Origin: Poseidonia sp.
Lineage (GTDB): Archaea; Thermoplasmatota; Poseidoniia; Poseidoniales; Poseidoniaceae
NCBI GenBank assembly: GCA_016778305.1
Contig: JADHPT010000002.1
Span: 94,610-158,609, forward strand
Direction: 5' to 3'
DNA length: 64,000 nucleotides
In this document: piece after piece, positions 17,087-26,259 of the stretch
Layout of the letters: each line of letters starts with the position of its first letter
Numbering within the stretch: position 1 is the stretch's first letter
The notes under the pieces: model-generated
What the model saw: the letters and a program-made list of their open reading frames with translations, nothing else
Told to the model about the DNA's origin: nothing
The model's database searches: none
Position numbers and translations under genes: made by a program

Positions 17087-18957
17087 CAGAATTCACCTCC
17101 TTTGAGTCCGCCCCAAGCGATTAATTGTGCCCGAGCCGATTGAGTAAGTTGATAATTACGTGAGCGTCCGACTTGTCTGACCTGCAAAATTCCATGCTTG
17201 AGGAGACGGTTGCTGATTTGCGAAAGCCGGGCTCTCTTGATTCCAAGATGACCAAGCATTTCCTCATCCGAGGGAGAATATGAGCGTTGATGAGCCATGC
17301 TGACGACATAAGCATCCCGCATGTTCAGTGAATTCAACTGATTTTTATTCAAGGGGTAGGCCTCCTTGGAGCCTAACTTGACCTGTTGCCGCGATTCAAA
17401 GAACTTCATGATCGAAGAATCCACCTTTGTTCCACTGGAGCCTCCTATGTGTCCAAGATTTGCTACGATCTCAGCGAAGAGTTGTATGAGGTCGTTTTGT
17501 GAAGAAATCTGTCCTTGAGCGGCCTGGGAGGGGGATTCAACTGGCGAGGATGACTCAATATCTTCACGTTCATACAACGGTTCGGGAATAAAATCTGCCT
17601 CTTTGAGAAGTCCTATTTCATCGTGGATCAATTCTGCACCGTTCAAATCGTCAAGTGCATCCTCTGGCAATTCAGGAGTTTCGATGGCAACCCAATACTG
17701 ATTCCCTTTTTCACTCATAACGGAATGCTGCACATTTTCCTCGAAATCAGGATCGTTTGCTTCCTCCGTAATCTGCTTGCGGTGTGCCTTATTTCGTTGT
17801 GCTAATCGCCCAAATGGTCCTTTTGGAATTGACGCCCCTCCCCCGTATTCAGGGGCTGAAGCATCTATAATGGGAGTCGTAAAGGGAGTGGGGTGCAAGG
17901 GTTCATCCAATCCTTGGGCCTCGGCCAATTCATTCATGTCCAAGTCAAAGAAATCACCAAATGCGCTCTCCTCAACCTCTACTGCATCGCCACGTTCGGT
18001 CCAAGGCAGAGATGCATCAATAATGTCGGCATTGAATGCAAAAGGAGATTCAACCTCTTGATCTTCAACCGTGGCAGGCAATGCCTCACTTTGAACAAAA
18101 GAAGGGGGTGCCTCGTTGACTTCTTCACCTGGAGGGCTCATGATCTGCCCCAACGTGCTGGACCCGTCCCTAGGTAGTAATTTCGCAGACGTATCGACTT
18201 CTGTTTGAGCAAGCCCGATGCCTTCATCCATGCGAAGGGAGTCAACCGCATTGCGCAATGTCGTGATAATCGCTGCAGGGAAGCCATCCCCTGCCTCAAG
18301 CAGTTCTGTTGCATCATGAAGGGTGAAATCGCTTTCGTTGACACCTAAGGAGGCCAATCGTTGCTCGACCAGAGCGACGACATCAGAAGGCGTGAAGGGA
18401 TGCATTGGCAAGCGTTCGTAGGTATCGACAACACCTTGTGGGAGTTGATTGCGTTCTCGGGCGTCGCAGACCAAGACAACAACCGCCTTGAGGCGTTCAA
18501 TGCTTGATTGTGCATCACGGAGGGCGACTTTAAGGATTGAAAGGTCGCTTGCAGGTACGTCGATCACAATCATCGGGAGTTTGCTGCTAAAGCCATACAT
18601 TTCTGTGACCAATTGATTCACCAATTCCACTCGACCTGAGGGCGCTTCAGCCCCCAGCAACTGCTTGTAAATCATGTCGAGGAGAGCTTTAGCGGGATCG
18701 ATGGCGGGAAGGTGCTCGATTGAGGCATAGGCGCCCGCATAGGGTTTGAGGCAGCGCACCAGTGAGGTTCGCCCAGAACCAAGTGGGCCAGTCAACATGA
18801 TGCGTCGGGCAGACCCGAGTCTGAGGTAATTCTTGAGGCGGTTGAATATTTCAGCACGACCGACCATTTTTCCGAGCTCCCCCGGTTCGAGGGGACGAAT
18901 GGAAAATGGGTTCTCATTGAGGAGAGGGAGTCCGTAAGCATAGCTTTGCTTAACCAT
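17086..18957 (-). CDS. Orc1/Cdc6- or archaeal-ATPase-like AAA+ protein with degenerate Walker motifs, acidic disordered linker and C-terminal winged-helix
   Basis: MVGRAEIFNRLKNYL...RIMLTGPLGSGRTSLVRCL has a Walker A with Arg in place of Lys (codon CGA at 18769-18771, minus strand). The Walker-B-like PMIVIDVPASD is DV rather than DE. A ~250-aa D/E/P-rich middle follows. C-terminal LGIKRARLSQISNRLLKHGILQVRQVGRSRNYQLT is wHTH-like. ATG 18957 is preferred; TTG 18996 is the ORF-track start. Confidence 0.7.
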   Translation of the reverse strand: MVKQSYAYGLPLLNENPFSIRPLEPGELGKMVGRAEIFNRLKNYLRLGSARRIMLTGPLGSGRTSLVRCLKPYAGAYASIEHLPAIDPAKALLDMIYKQLLGAEAPSGRVELVNQLVTEMYGFSSKLPMIVIDVPASDLSILKVALRDAQSSIERLKAVVVLVCDARERNQLPQGVVDTYERLPMHPFTPSDVVALVEQRLASLGVNESDFTLHDATELLEAGDGFPAAIITTLRNAVDSLRMDEGIGLAQTEVDTSAKLLPRDGSSTLGQIMSPPGEEVNEAPPSFVQSEALPATVEDQEVESPFAFNADIIDASLPWTERGDAVEVEESAFGDFFDLDMNELAEAQGLDEPLHPTPFTTPIIDASAPEYGGGASIPKGPFGRLAQRNKAHRKQITEEANDPDFEENVQHSVMSEKGNQYWVAIETPELPEDALDDLNGAELIHDEIGLLKEADFIPEPLYEREDIESSSPVESPSQAAQGQISSQNDLIQLFAEIVANLGHIGGSSGTKVDSSIMKFFESRQQVKLGSKEAYPLNKNQLNSLNMRDAYVVSMAHQRSYSPSDEEMLGHLGIKRARLSQISNRLLKHGILQVRQVGRSRNYQLTQSARAQLIAWGGLKGGEF

Positions 18958-19017
18958 GGCCGAGCAACTGAACCCTAGTATATCATCTTTGAGCAAATCG
19001 GAGACCCATGCAAAGCC

Positions 19018-19118
19018 GTTAACTTATGTTAATCATTGAGCGGAGTAGGTATTTGGCAATCAATTAACACGGAAGTAACGCATTTTTAACGCGTTAATTT
19101 AAGCGTTAAAGGCGTTAA
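19018..19118. promoter_or_regulatory. divergent promoter region with seven GTTAA/TTAAC cores, including a 12-nt palindrome and three GCGTTAA direct repeats
   Basis: GTTAAC at 19018-19023. GTTAA at 19028-19032. ATTAAC at 19063-19068. Perfect palindrome TTAACGCGTTAA at 19086-19097. GCGTTAA at 19091, 19103 and 19112 (spacing 12 and 9 nt). The array lies between the AAA+-wHTH gene (minus) and hmgA (plus). TTAATTTTA (19115-19123) is TATA-like. Confidence 0.4.
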
Positions 19119-19197
19119 TTTTACCAGTCCAATGTGAGAAGTGACAGGCGATTGATTCAAGGAACGGTTCGGCCACCCAAGGCATGAGGAATCACTG

Positions 19198-20493
19198 ATG
19201 CCAGTTGAAAACAGCCGATTCAAAGGATTCTACAATCATTCTGTAGAAGAACGCCGCGATCTTATTGCACAAGCTGCTGGATTGGATGCAGCCCACGTTG
19301 ATGCGCTAGCTGCTCACGGCGAATTGGATGAGGCTGCAGCAAATCGAATGATTGAGAATGTTATCGGGACAATGTCGCTACCTGTAGGAGTGGCAACCAA
19401 TTTCGTCATCGATGGTGCACATTACGTCATTCCATTTTGCCTCGAGGAGTCCAGCGTAGTGGCTGCAGCATCAAACATGGCCAAGCGTTGCCTTGCAATG
19501 GGTGGATTCCGCACACAAAACGATGATCCCGTGATGATTGGACAGTTACAAATGCTCGATATTGACGACATATCCGTCGCTTCATCGGCTATTTTGGCTG
19601 CAAAGGATGACTTGATGTCATTTTGCAACGACATCCCATCCCGCATGATTTCACTTGGAGGAGGATGCAAGGACATTCAAATCCGAGAGATCTCAACCGC
19701 ACGTGGACCCATGATGATCGTCCACCTCCTGGTTGACTGTAGAGACGCTATGGGGGCGAACGCAGTCAACACGATGGCCGAACGTGTTGCCCCGCGACTT
19801 GAACAACTCACGGGCGGGCGAGCCCATCTGCGGATTCTATCAAATCTCGCAAGCCATCGACTTGCACGCGTTGAAGCCACATTTACGCCAGAGGAGATGT
19901 CCTCAAATGGCGAGCGAGAAAGTGGACTCGCAGTGATTGAAGGGATTCTGGAAGCACAGGCCTTTGCCGTCAGCGACCCCTACAGGGCTGCAACGCATAA
20001 CAAAGGCATCATGAACGCCATTAGCAGCATCGCCTTGGCCTGCGGACAGGATTGGCGTGCGATTGAAGCTGGATGTCACGCCTATACTTCGCTTGAGCAC
20101 GGCCAATATACCTCGATGTCAACATGGACCCAAAACGAATCCGGTGACCTCGTTGGCTCGATGGTACTGCCCATGGCAGTAGGCATCGTTGGTGGCGCCT
20201 CCAAGGTGCACCCTGCCGCAAAGGCAAATCTAGCGATTCTTGGAGTTACTTCAGCACAGGAATTAGCGGGAATCATGCTGTGTGGTGGCCTTGCACAAAA
20301 CCTAGGCGCTTTGCGTGCCCTCTCTACCAATGGCATCCAAGCAGGCCACATGAAACTCCATGCAAAAAACATGGCAGTGAGTGCGGGAGCAGTTGGCGAT
20401 GAGATTGAAATCCTCGCTACACGAGTCCAGGACTACGACGGTGCCCGCACTCAATCAATGGTCGAAGCATGGCTTAAAGAGATGCGATCGTGA
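19198..20493 (+). CDS. hmgA: HMG-CoA reductase, class II
   Basis: The protein is colinear end to end with the Pseudomonas mevalonii class II enzyme as I recall it (MIENVIGT, EESSVVAAAS, LGGGC.DI, DAMGANAVNTMAE, DPYRAATHNKGIMN, GIQAGHMKLHA). Confidence 0.95.
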   Translation: MPVENSRFKGFYNHSVEERRDLIAQAAGLDAAHVDALAAHGELDEAAANRMIENVIGTMSLPVGVATNFVIDGAHYVIPFCLEESSVVAAASNMAKRCLAMGGFRTQNDDPVMIGQLQMLDIDDISVASSAILAAKDDLMSFCNDIPSRMISLGGGCKDIQIREISTARGPMMIVHLLVDCRDAMGANAVNTMAERVAPRLEQLTGGRAHLRILSNLASHRLARVEATFTPEEMSSNGERESGLAVIEGILEAQAFAVSDPYRAATHNKGIMNAISSIALACGQDWRAIEAGCHAYTSLEHGQYTSMSTWTQNESGDLVGSMVLPMAVGIVGGASKVHPAAKANLAILGVTSAQELAGIMLCGGLAQNLGALRALSTNGIQAGHMKLHAKNMAVSAGAVGDEIEILATRVQDYDGARTQSMVEAWLKEMRS

Positions 20494-20498
20494 TATGT

Positions 20499-21110
20499 TC
20501 ATTCTTCCTCACTTACTGGAAGAGAAGCCTGAATCGTACCTGATTCTTCACCTTCTTCCTGGAGGATTTGCTTTCGATCACCGAGTTCATCCAGGAGGCC
20601 CGAAGACTGTACTTGTTCTCGAAACCAAGCCTTGACTTTTTTCCGTTCAGTATGAGGGCAACCAAATGCTTCAGAGAAGCGACGGGTTGTAGAGAGGCGT
20701 CGTGTATTTCCGTCTTTGCGCCGGTCTACCATGCCAAGTTGCGCCAATTCGCGGACATAATCGTACGCTTTTTGACCCAATAATTCCACGAGTCGTGATT
20801 GGGGCATGGGCTGGTGATAAGCGATCAATGCGGCAGCCTTGAGCAACTTAGGTGGCATATCCGTTTTAGCATCCTTAGGAAGATGTGAAGCGATACTGGG
20901 TTTGACCTCAAGAGCCCAACGTTCACCAACAGCTGCGAGTTGCAGAGACCCGACCTTACGTCGTTTGATGGTGGCTTGAAGTGAATAGAGGCAATCGAGC
21001 ATTTCATCCTCGTCATAGCCCAGTGCTTGGGATAATTCACCAGTGGACATGGATTTCCCGGAACTGAACAAGGTGGCCTCAATAAGCGCTTCAAGTGGTA
21101 ACTCTGTCAT
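20499..21110 (-). CDS. scpB: segregation and condensation protein B
   Basis: LEALIEATLFSSGKSMSTGELSQAL and a second wH (ALIAYHQPMPQSRLVELLG...VRELAQLGMV) are typical ScpB tandem winged helices. Confidence 0.85.
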   Translation of the reverse strand: MTELPLEALIEATLFSSGKSMSTGELSQALGYDEDEMLDCLYSLQATIKRRKVGSLQLAAVGERWALEVKPSIASHLPKDAKTDMPPKLLKAAALIAYHQPMPQSRLVELLGQKAYDYVRELAQLGMVDRRKDGNTRRLSTTRRFSEAFGCPHTERKKVKAWFREQVQSSGLLDELGDRKQILQEEGEESGTIQASLPVSEEE

Positions 21111-21122
21111 GCATCCACCTCC

Positions 21123-22316
21123 CTATTCAACCAGCCATTCCTGGTCGCTGAAATCTGATTCCGAAGGTGTTTCCTTCAGACGCTCCTTCTCTGCAATAGC
21201 ATCCAGGCGAGCCTGTCGCCGAGTAGCCTTCTCTTCTGTGACCCGTGCACGTTCAGCGATGGCCTCCATTCGGTGCATGGAGCCCGTAGCATCACCCTCA
21301 ATTCCATCTGAATCTTCAGCCATCAAGGATTCAATTTCATCCAACACTTCTTGAAAGTTATCGAGGTTGGGCCAGAGGTCTTCGATCATGATGGCTTCAA
21401 GTGCCTCACCTTCTTGGGAAATACTGGCCATACGGCGATGAGTCAGGAATAATCCGGCGATAAATGAAGCTACGAATGCTTCACTATCAGGGTCGTGGAG
21501 TTGGTCACCGAAGGTTGAGGTGAGGATCGGTTTGAGTTTCACCATCACGTCGACGAGGCGAACTGAGGCCGAGCTCGCTTCCTCGCAGGTGGATTTGAGG
21601 GCCCTCCAGCAACGCTCAATATCTCCTTCAAGGTCTTCATTGTGCATTCGGCCCCCTACATCGGCGAGGTATTCTTTGAGTTCACGTTGATGCTCAAGTC
21701 GGTTCAGTTCCCGTTGTTGCAAGGCTTCGGCATCATCTGCTGCATCCTTGAATGCAGAAAGCAATTCTCCAAGCGTCACTGGCCTCCCCTCATCACGACG
21801 GACACGCCCGTCAAATAGCGAAGGCAATACATCGTCAGCCTCACCCTCGAGAATGGATTGTGTGAAGAAATAGGCCTCATCGTCGTAATCAGATTCCCAA
21901 CCAAAGCCAAGATCCTCTTCCCACTCATCATCTTCATCTTGCAGTTGTATGCGGTCAAAGAGCGTGGCTGATTGCTGGTGCAAAACCTCCCATGAAAGGC
22001 GAATCAGTCTGCCACAAGCGGGTAGATCAAGGTCTTCGTCTTCTTTGACGCGTTGAGCAAAGACCTCCAAAAATGCGGAAAGGTCAACGTCCCATGGGTC
22101 AAACTCTTCCTCCCTCACCAGGGAAAGTACCAAGGCAACTGAACGGTCAAAAGGATCGTGAAGACTTTGATGTTCTGCCTCTTCAGTACCAGCGATACTG
22201 ATGATTCGCTGACTGAATTGTTCAGCATCCTGGCGCTCTTCACCTGATGCAAGGAGCTGGTCAATGATGTCCTGTTGGAGGAACCATCGGTCAAGAGCAC
22301 CTTGTTGTTCAGCCAT
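21123..22316 (-). CDS. scpA: segregation and condensation protein A (kleisin), extended acidic form
   Basis: EEFDPWDVDLSAFLEVFAQRV is the ScpA N-terminal motif. The position between smc and scpB supports the call. At 397 aa it has long D/E-rich insertions and a charged C-terminal tail. Confidence 0.8.
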   Translation of the reverse strand: MAEQQGALDRWFLQQDIIDQLLASGEERQDAEQFSQRIISIAGTEEAEHQSLHDPFDRSVALVLSLVREEEFDPWDVDLSAFLEVFAQRVKEDEDLDLPACGRLIRLSWEVLHQQSATLFDRIQLQDEDDEWEEDLGFGWESDYDDEAYFFTQSILEGEADDVLPSLFDGRVRRDEGRPVTLGELLSAFKDAADDAEALQQRELNRLEHQRELKEYLADVGGRMHNEDLEGDIERCWRALKSTCEEASSASVRLVDVMVKLKPILTSTFGDQLHDPDSEAFVASFIAGLFLTHRRMASISQEGEALEAIMIEDLWPNLDNFQEVLDEIESLMAEDSDGIEGDATGSMHRMEAIAERARVTEEKATRRQARLDAIAEKERLKETPSESDFSDQEWLVE

Positions 22317-22325
22317 AAAACCACC

Positions 22326-25300
22326 TCATGCCTCTTCGGTTGATTCAATCGTTGGTTCAACAGTTGCTTCTTCGTTGGAGCCATCCTCCACGAGTTGATT
22401 GGCAACCTCTGCACGCTCATTGATATCCTCGGTCATTTCTTGTGTACGCTCAACAAGGCCACCGAGAGGAGGGGCTTCGGGTGTTGAGAGGTGTGGAAGT
22501 AGGCCACCAAGACTTTGAGGAACGGTGAGATCTTCAGGGGCCCGAGGCATGTCTTCTGTGGCTAAGACGGCATCCTTGATACGCGTCTCGTTCTTATCTG
22601 CGTCTTTCTGAGCCTCCTTGAGAGCGGCTTCACCGAGTGCAATCGCTCGTTCACGATCGAAATCGAGGATACGACGACTGCATCCATCTCCACCGTGAGT
22701 AATACCGATGTGGTGGTCGGCCAATTTGAGGGATACTTTGCGCAAGGTAACCATGATGAATTGAGCTCGCTTGCTGCGTTGACGGCACATCTTTGCGATT
22801 CGTTCTGCATTGTAAGCATCGAGGTTCTGGTCGACTTCATCAAAGTAGTAAAACGGACTTGGATCGTAATCTTGAATCGCAAAAATGAGTGCGAGTGCAG
22901 CCATTGATTGTTCACCGCCAGAAAGTTGTTGTCTGCTGACCTTGGAGGACTTACCTCGTGGTTGAGCCCAAAGTTCAAGCCCAGCCTTGAAGGGCTCCTC
23001 CGGATTCTCAAGGAAAAGTTCACCTCGCCCTCCATCTGAGAGTTCCTTATAGGATTCTTTGAAATTTTCATTCACTTGTTCGAGCACATCGATCAGGCGC
23101 TCCTTGCGCTGGGATTCTAGTTGTTCTGTAACGTCAATCAAATCCTTTCTGCGCTTTTGGAGTGTTGCGAATTCATCCTTCATCAGGTCCAAACGTGCTT
23201 GACATGTTTCATATTGCTCAATGGCCATCATGTTGACGTTTCCAAAGCCTTCCATGCGACGCTGTAGATGACGTAGCCTTCGTTCGACATCGGCCACATT
23301 CCCAAGATTTTCAGGCATCTCGCTAAGAGAGAGGTCTGCTTCGATTAATTCCTGACCCATCAATTGAAGTTCATTCTCCCGTTCAGTAATCGTTCGAATG
23401 AGTTCATCGGCCAAGCGACGGTTGTTTTGAGCCTTCGAAAGACGCTCTTCATTTCGAACTCGTAGAGTTGCACGCTGGTCGGTCAATTCTTGACGCTCGT
23501 CCTCAAGACCTTGATTCTCTTCAAGGTAAACGGCTTGTTCGTCTTTCTTGGCTTTGAGTGAAATTCGGTCGGTTGCTAATTCCGCTTCCAAATTATCAAC
23601 ACGCTCGCTACGTGCGAGGGCTGCGGCTTCCAAGGCCGTGACCCGTGCTTCAATCTCGTTGAAGCGGCGTAGAAGCAGTTCTTCATGCGCTGCTCCATTG
23701 GAGATTGCTTCCTCTGCTTTTTCCTTAACGCCTGTCGCACTGACTCGTTTCAAATTCGCTGCATGCATTCGTTCGCGTAGATGTTCAGGGCTTGCATCTT
23801 CGAGTTGTTGCTGCGCCGAACCTTTGGACTCAACGGCGGCTTCGTGTTGCTGCTGAGCATCATCATGGGCGATGAGCGCCTGTTGTGCATCGAGACGAAG
23901 TTGTTCCAATTTATCTTCAAGTCCTGCACAGACCTCTTGGGCTTTTTTGTAGAAGGCGTTGATTTGTTTCTTTTCAGCGTTCATTTCTCGAACCGCCGTA
24001 GCGTGAGAGTCATCGACCATTGCATTGATTTGTTGTCGGAGGTGTTGTTGACGTTCCCTCGCTTCTCGGAGGGCTGCTCGAACGGTTTCCTCCATCAATT
24101 CATAGCGAGTGACTTCGGCGGTGTACTTCTCAACATCCGAAGCCCCTTGGATACGTCCACCAAAGGAGATTGACATATTTCGTTGTGAACCCCCGACCAT
24201 GGCGCCGCCAGCTTCGGTCAAGTCACCTCGGAGCGTGACAAGGCGCACACCACCCATGTGCTTCCTTGCAGTAGCCATGGAATCTACCAAGAGAGTATTT
24301 CGTAGTACAAAGCGCACTGCGATATCGATGCGTGGATCATAATCCAGAAGTTCGTGAGCAAAACCAATGACCCCAGGCTTACGAGCGGTCATAACGGACT
24401 TACCACCTGCCCGAGTATTGTTGAGTTTGTTGAGTGGAAGGAAGGTAGCCCGGCCGGCCTTATTCGATGCCAGCCAACGAATCGCTTGAGCAGCATGCTC
24501 ATCAGATTCAACAACAACGGACGCCATGCCTGCCCCGATAGCCGTTGCAAGGGCAAGTTCATGTCCGTTGTCTTTTGGAGCACACAATTCTGCAATGGTG
24601 CCGATGACACCTTCCAATTCCCCTCGGTCTCGGGCAGCGATGACAGCACTTGCACCGCCCGCTAGACCCTTTGCTCCGGACTTTTGCTCCATCTCTGCCT
24701 TTGCGAGGCTCAAGGCCCGTTCTGCTTCTCGGAGTTTAACCTCAACGCGTGTTCGGTCTTCTCCAAGTTGAGATTCTGCTTGCTGGGATTTATTCAGAGC
24801 CGCAGCGAGGGCTTCACGATCGTATTCGGGTGCATCTTCCTTCAATTGCTGACCTCGAAGGTCCAATTCCCCCAATGCGAGGCGAAGCTCCTCAACCTCT
24901 TCTTGAGCGCTCGCAAGTTGACCACCAATCAGCTCGGCCTCGAGAGCGAATCGGTCCACGTCAGATTGAGCAGAGGACAGAATCTCTTGCGTTGCCTCAA
25001 CCTTGGATTGTGCATCAGTAAGTGCATTCGCTAAATCCTGATTCTTTTCACCTGCTGATTCCAATGCATGGCGAATGTCAACTTCTTCATCCTGAGCCTC
25101 TTTCAAATCGCTTAAAGCAGATTCAAGGGCATCATTGGCTGACCGAAGTTCGTTCTGGAAGCGTTCAAGTTCCCCTTTGGCTTCAGTCCCTTGTTCAAGC
25201 GTTCTGCTCAGTTCGACGGCTTCTTCTTCATCTTCACGCTCAGCGTCAGTGATTCGGTCGGTATTCAATTCGATTCGAACTTGAAGTTCTTGAATCGCCT

Positions 25301-26213
25301 TTCCGAGTTCTGAAGTTTCTCCTCCCGTCAATTTGTTGATTTCTTTTTGCAGTTCTGAAATCTTATCGTCGAGTTCGAGAAGTAATTTCTCACCCTCAGT
25401 GTGCTCGTCAATCAGGTTTTGACTCTCCGAAAGGTAACGGTCTCGTTGCTCAACATGGAAATTCAATTCATTCTTCATGCTCGCATAGCGTGATTGGAGT
25501 AGGAGGGTGTTGGTGCGTTGGATTTCATCGGCTACATCCTTGGCCTTTTGAGCCACGACCTTCTCTTTCTCCAGTGTTGCAAGGCGGTCAAGTTGTTCCT
25601 TCTCCAATAAGCCGATTCGCTCAAGATAGGTCTCCACCATTTCCTTTTGCTTGGTCGCTTTGCGGATTTCATCGTCGTAGGAAGTCACTCCTGCAACGTT
25701 ATCAAGGACCTTGCGTCGTTCGTTAGCAGTCATTTTTGCCAGACTGGTCACATCACCTTGGAGAACGATATTGTAGCCATCAGGGCGGGCATTGGCGGCA
25801 CCAAGGAGGCGATGAAACACCTTCTGTGTGCTGTCCTCGCCGTTGAGTTGGTAGGTGGTTACAGGATTGTTGGATGCTGTAAGGTGAATGCGTCGTGACA
25901 TGCGAATCTCTTCTTTGTCCAAAGGCAGGCGGCGACGACCGTTGCCCATGATTGGATTGGCAAAAACAAGCGTTACGCTGCAGTCACGTGCAGGCTTGGA
26001 GTTTTTTCCACCATTGAAAATGAGATCCACTGAATTTTGAGCGCGAATCACACGGTTGGATTTCGGTCCAAGCACAAATTGAATCGCATCTCCACAGTTC
26101 GATTTCCCCGAACCATTGGGACCCGTAATCGCCGTGAAACCACGGTCGAGAGGGACGGTAACTTCGCCCTTGAACGATTTGAAATTATTCACTTCAAGTG
26201 ATTTTAGATACAT
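22326..26213 (-). CDS. smc: chromosome segregation protein SMC
   Basis: Walker A GPNGSGKSN, long heptad coiled coils, a hinge (GVIGTIAELC...), the signature LSGGEQS, and Walker B FYYFDEVDQNLD. A ~110-aa acidic C-terminal extension follows the head. Confidence 0.95.
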   Translation of the reverse strand: MYLKSLEVNNFKSFKGEVTVPLDRGFTAITGPNGSGKSNCGDAIQFVLGPKSNRVIRAQNSVDLIFNGGKNSKPARDCSVTLVFANPIMGNGRRRLPLDKEEIRMSRRIHLTASNNPVTTYQLNGEDSTQKVFHRLLGAANARPDGYNIVLQGDVTSLAKMTANERRKVLDNVAGVTSYDDEIRKATKQKEMVETYLERIGLLEKEQLDRLATLEKEKVVAQKAKDVADEIQRTNTLLLQSRYASMKNELNFHVEQRDRYLSESQNLIDEHTEGEKLLLELDDKISELQKEINKLTGGETSELGKAIQELQVRIELNTDRITDAEREDEEEAVELSRTLEQGTEAKGELERFQNELRSANDALESALSDLKEAQDEEVDIRHALESAGEKNQDLANALTDAQSKVEATQEILSSAQSDVDRFALEAELIGGQLASAQEEVEELRLALGELDLRGQQLKEDAPEYDREALAAALNKSQQAESQLGEDRTRVEVKLREAERALSLAKAEMEQKSGAKGLAGGASAVIAARDRGELEGVIGTIAELCAPKDNGHELALATAIGAGMASVVVESDEHAAQAIRWLASNKAGRATFLPLNKLNNTRAGGKSVMTARKPGVIGFAHELLDYDPRIDIAVRFVLRNTLLVDSMATARKHMGGVRLVTLRGDLTEAGGAMVGGSQRNMSISFGGRIQGASDVEKYTAEVTRYELMEETVRAALREARERQQHLRQQINAMVDDSHATAVREMNAEKKQINAFYKKAQEVCAGLEDKLEQLRLDAQQALIAHDDAQQQHEAAVESKGSAQQQLEDASPEHLRERMHAANLKRVSATGVKEKAEEAISNGAAHEELLLRRFNEIEARVTALEAAALARSERVDNLEAELATDRISLKAKKDEQAVYLEENQGLEDERQELTDQRATLRVRNEERLSKAQNNRRLADELIRTITERENELQLMGQELIEADLSLSEMPENLGNVADVERRLRHLQRRMEGFGNVNMMAIEQYETCQARLDLMKDEFATLQKRRKDLIDVTEQLESQRKERLIDVLEQVNENFKESYKELSDGGRGELFLENPEEPFKAGLELWAQPRGKSSKVSRQQLSGGEQSMAALALIFAIQDYDPSPFYYFDEVDQNLDAYNAERIAKMCRQRSKRAQFIMVTLRKVSLKLADHHIGITHGGDGCSRRILDFDRERAIALGEAALKEAQKDADKNETRIKDAVLATEDMPRAPEDLTVPQSLGGLLPHLSTPEAPPLGGLVERTQEMTEDINERAEVANQLVEDGSNEEATVEPTIESTEEA

Positions 26214-26217
26214 CCCT

Positions 26218-26259
26218 ATCCCTCTCAGGAGGGAAACAATTCCCTACCTTATTCCCTAC
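26218..26259. repeat. short hairpin plus ATTCCCTAC direct repeats in the smc leader/promoter
   Basis: TCCCTC (26219-26224) / TCAG / GAGGGA (26229-26234) form an inverted repeat. ATTCCCTAC occurs at 26239-26247 and 26251-26259. A related ATCCCT lies at 26218-26223. TTTAAA at 26276-26281 is a possible TATA element. Confidence 0.3.

Noticed and set aside
16599-17143. Plus-strand ORFs of 92-158 aa (16599..16877, 16667..17143, 16905..17105).
   Set aside because: They are antisense to the beta-propeller-like gene, which is part of a start/stop-coupled operon. The translations are Pro/Ser/Arg-rich and overlap each other in different frames.
18997-19197. The AT-rich GTTAA-repeat spacer as an origin of replication next to the Orc-like AAA+ gene.
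   Set aside because: The repeats (GCGTTAA) do not resemble ORB or mini-ORB consensus elements as I know them. The region is only ~200 nt with no long AT-rich unwinding stretch. I kept it as a candidate operator instead, and a GC-skew or Z-curve analysis of the whole contig would be needed to revisit the question.
23548-25252. A series of 76-130-aa plus-strand ORFs inside smc, for example 23548..23856, 23781..24173 and 24684..25034.
   Set aside because: They are antisense shadows of the coiled-coil-encoding smc gene. The translations are Ser/Ala/Arg/Leu low-complexity and mutually overlapping.
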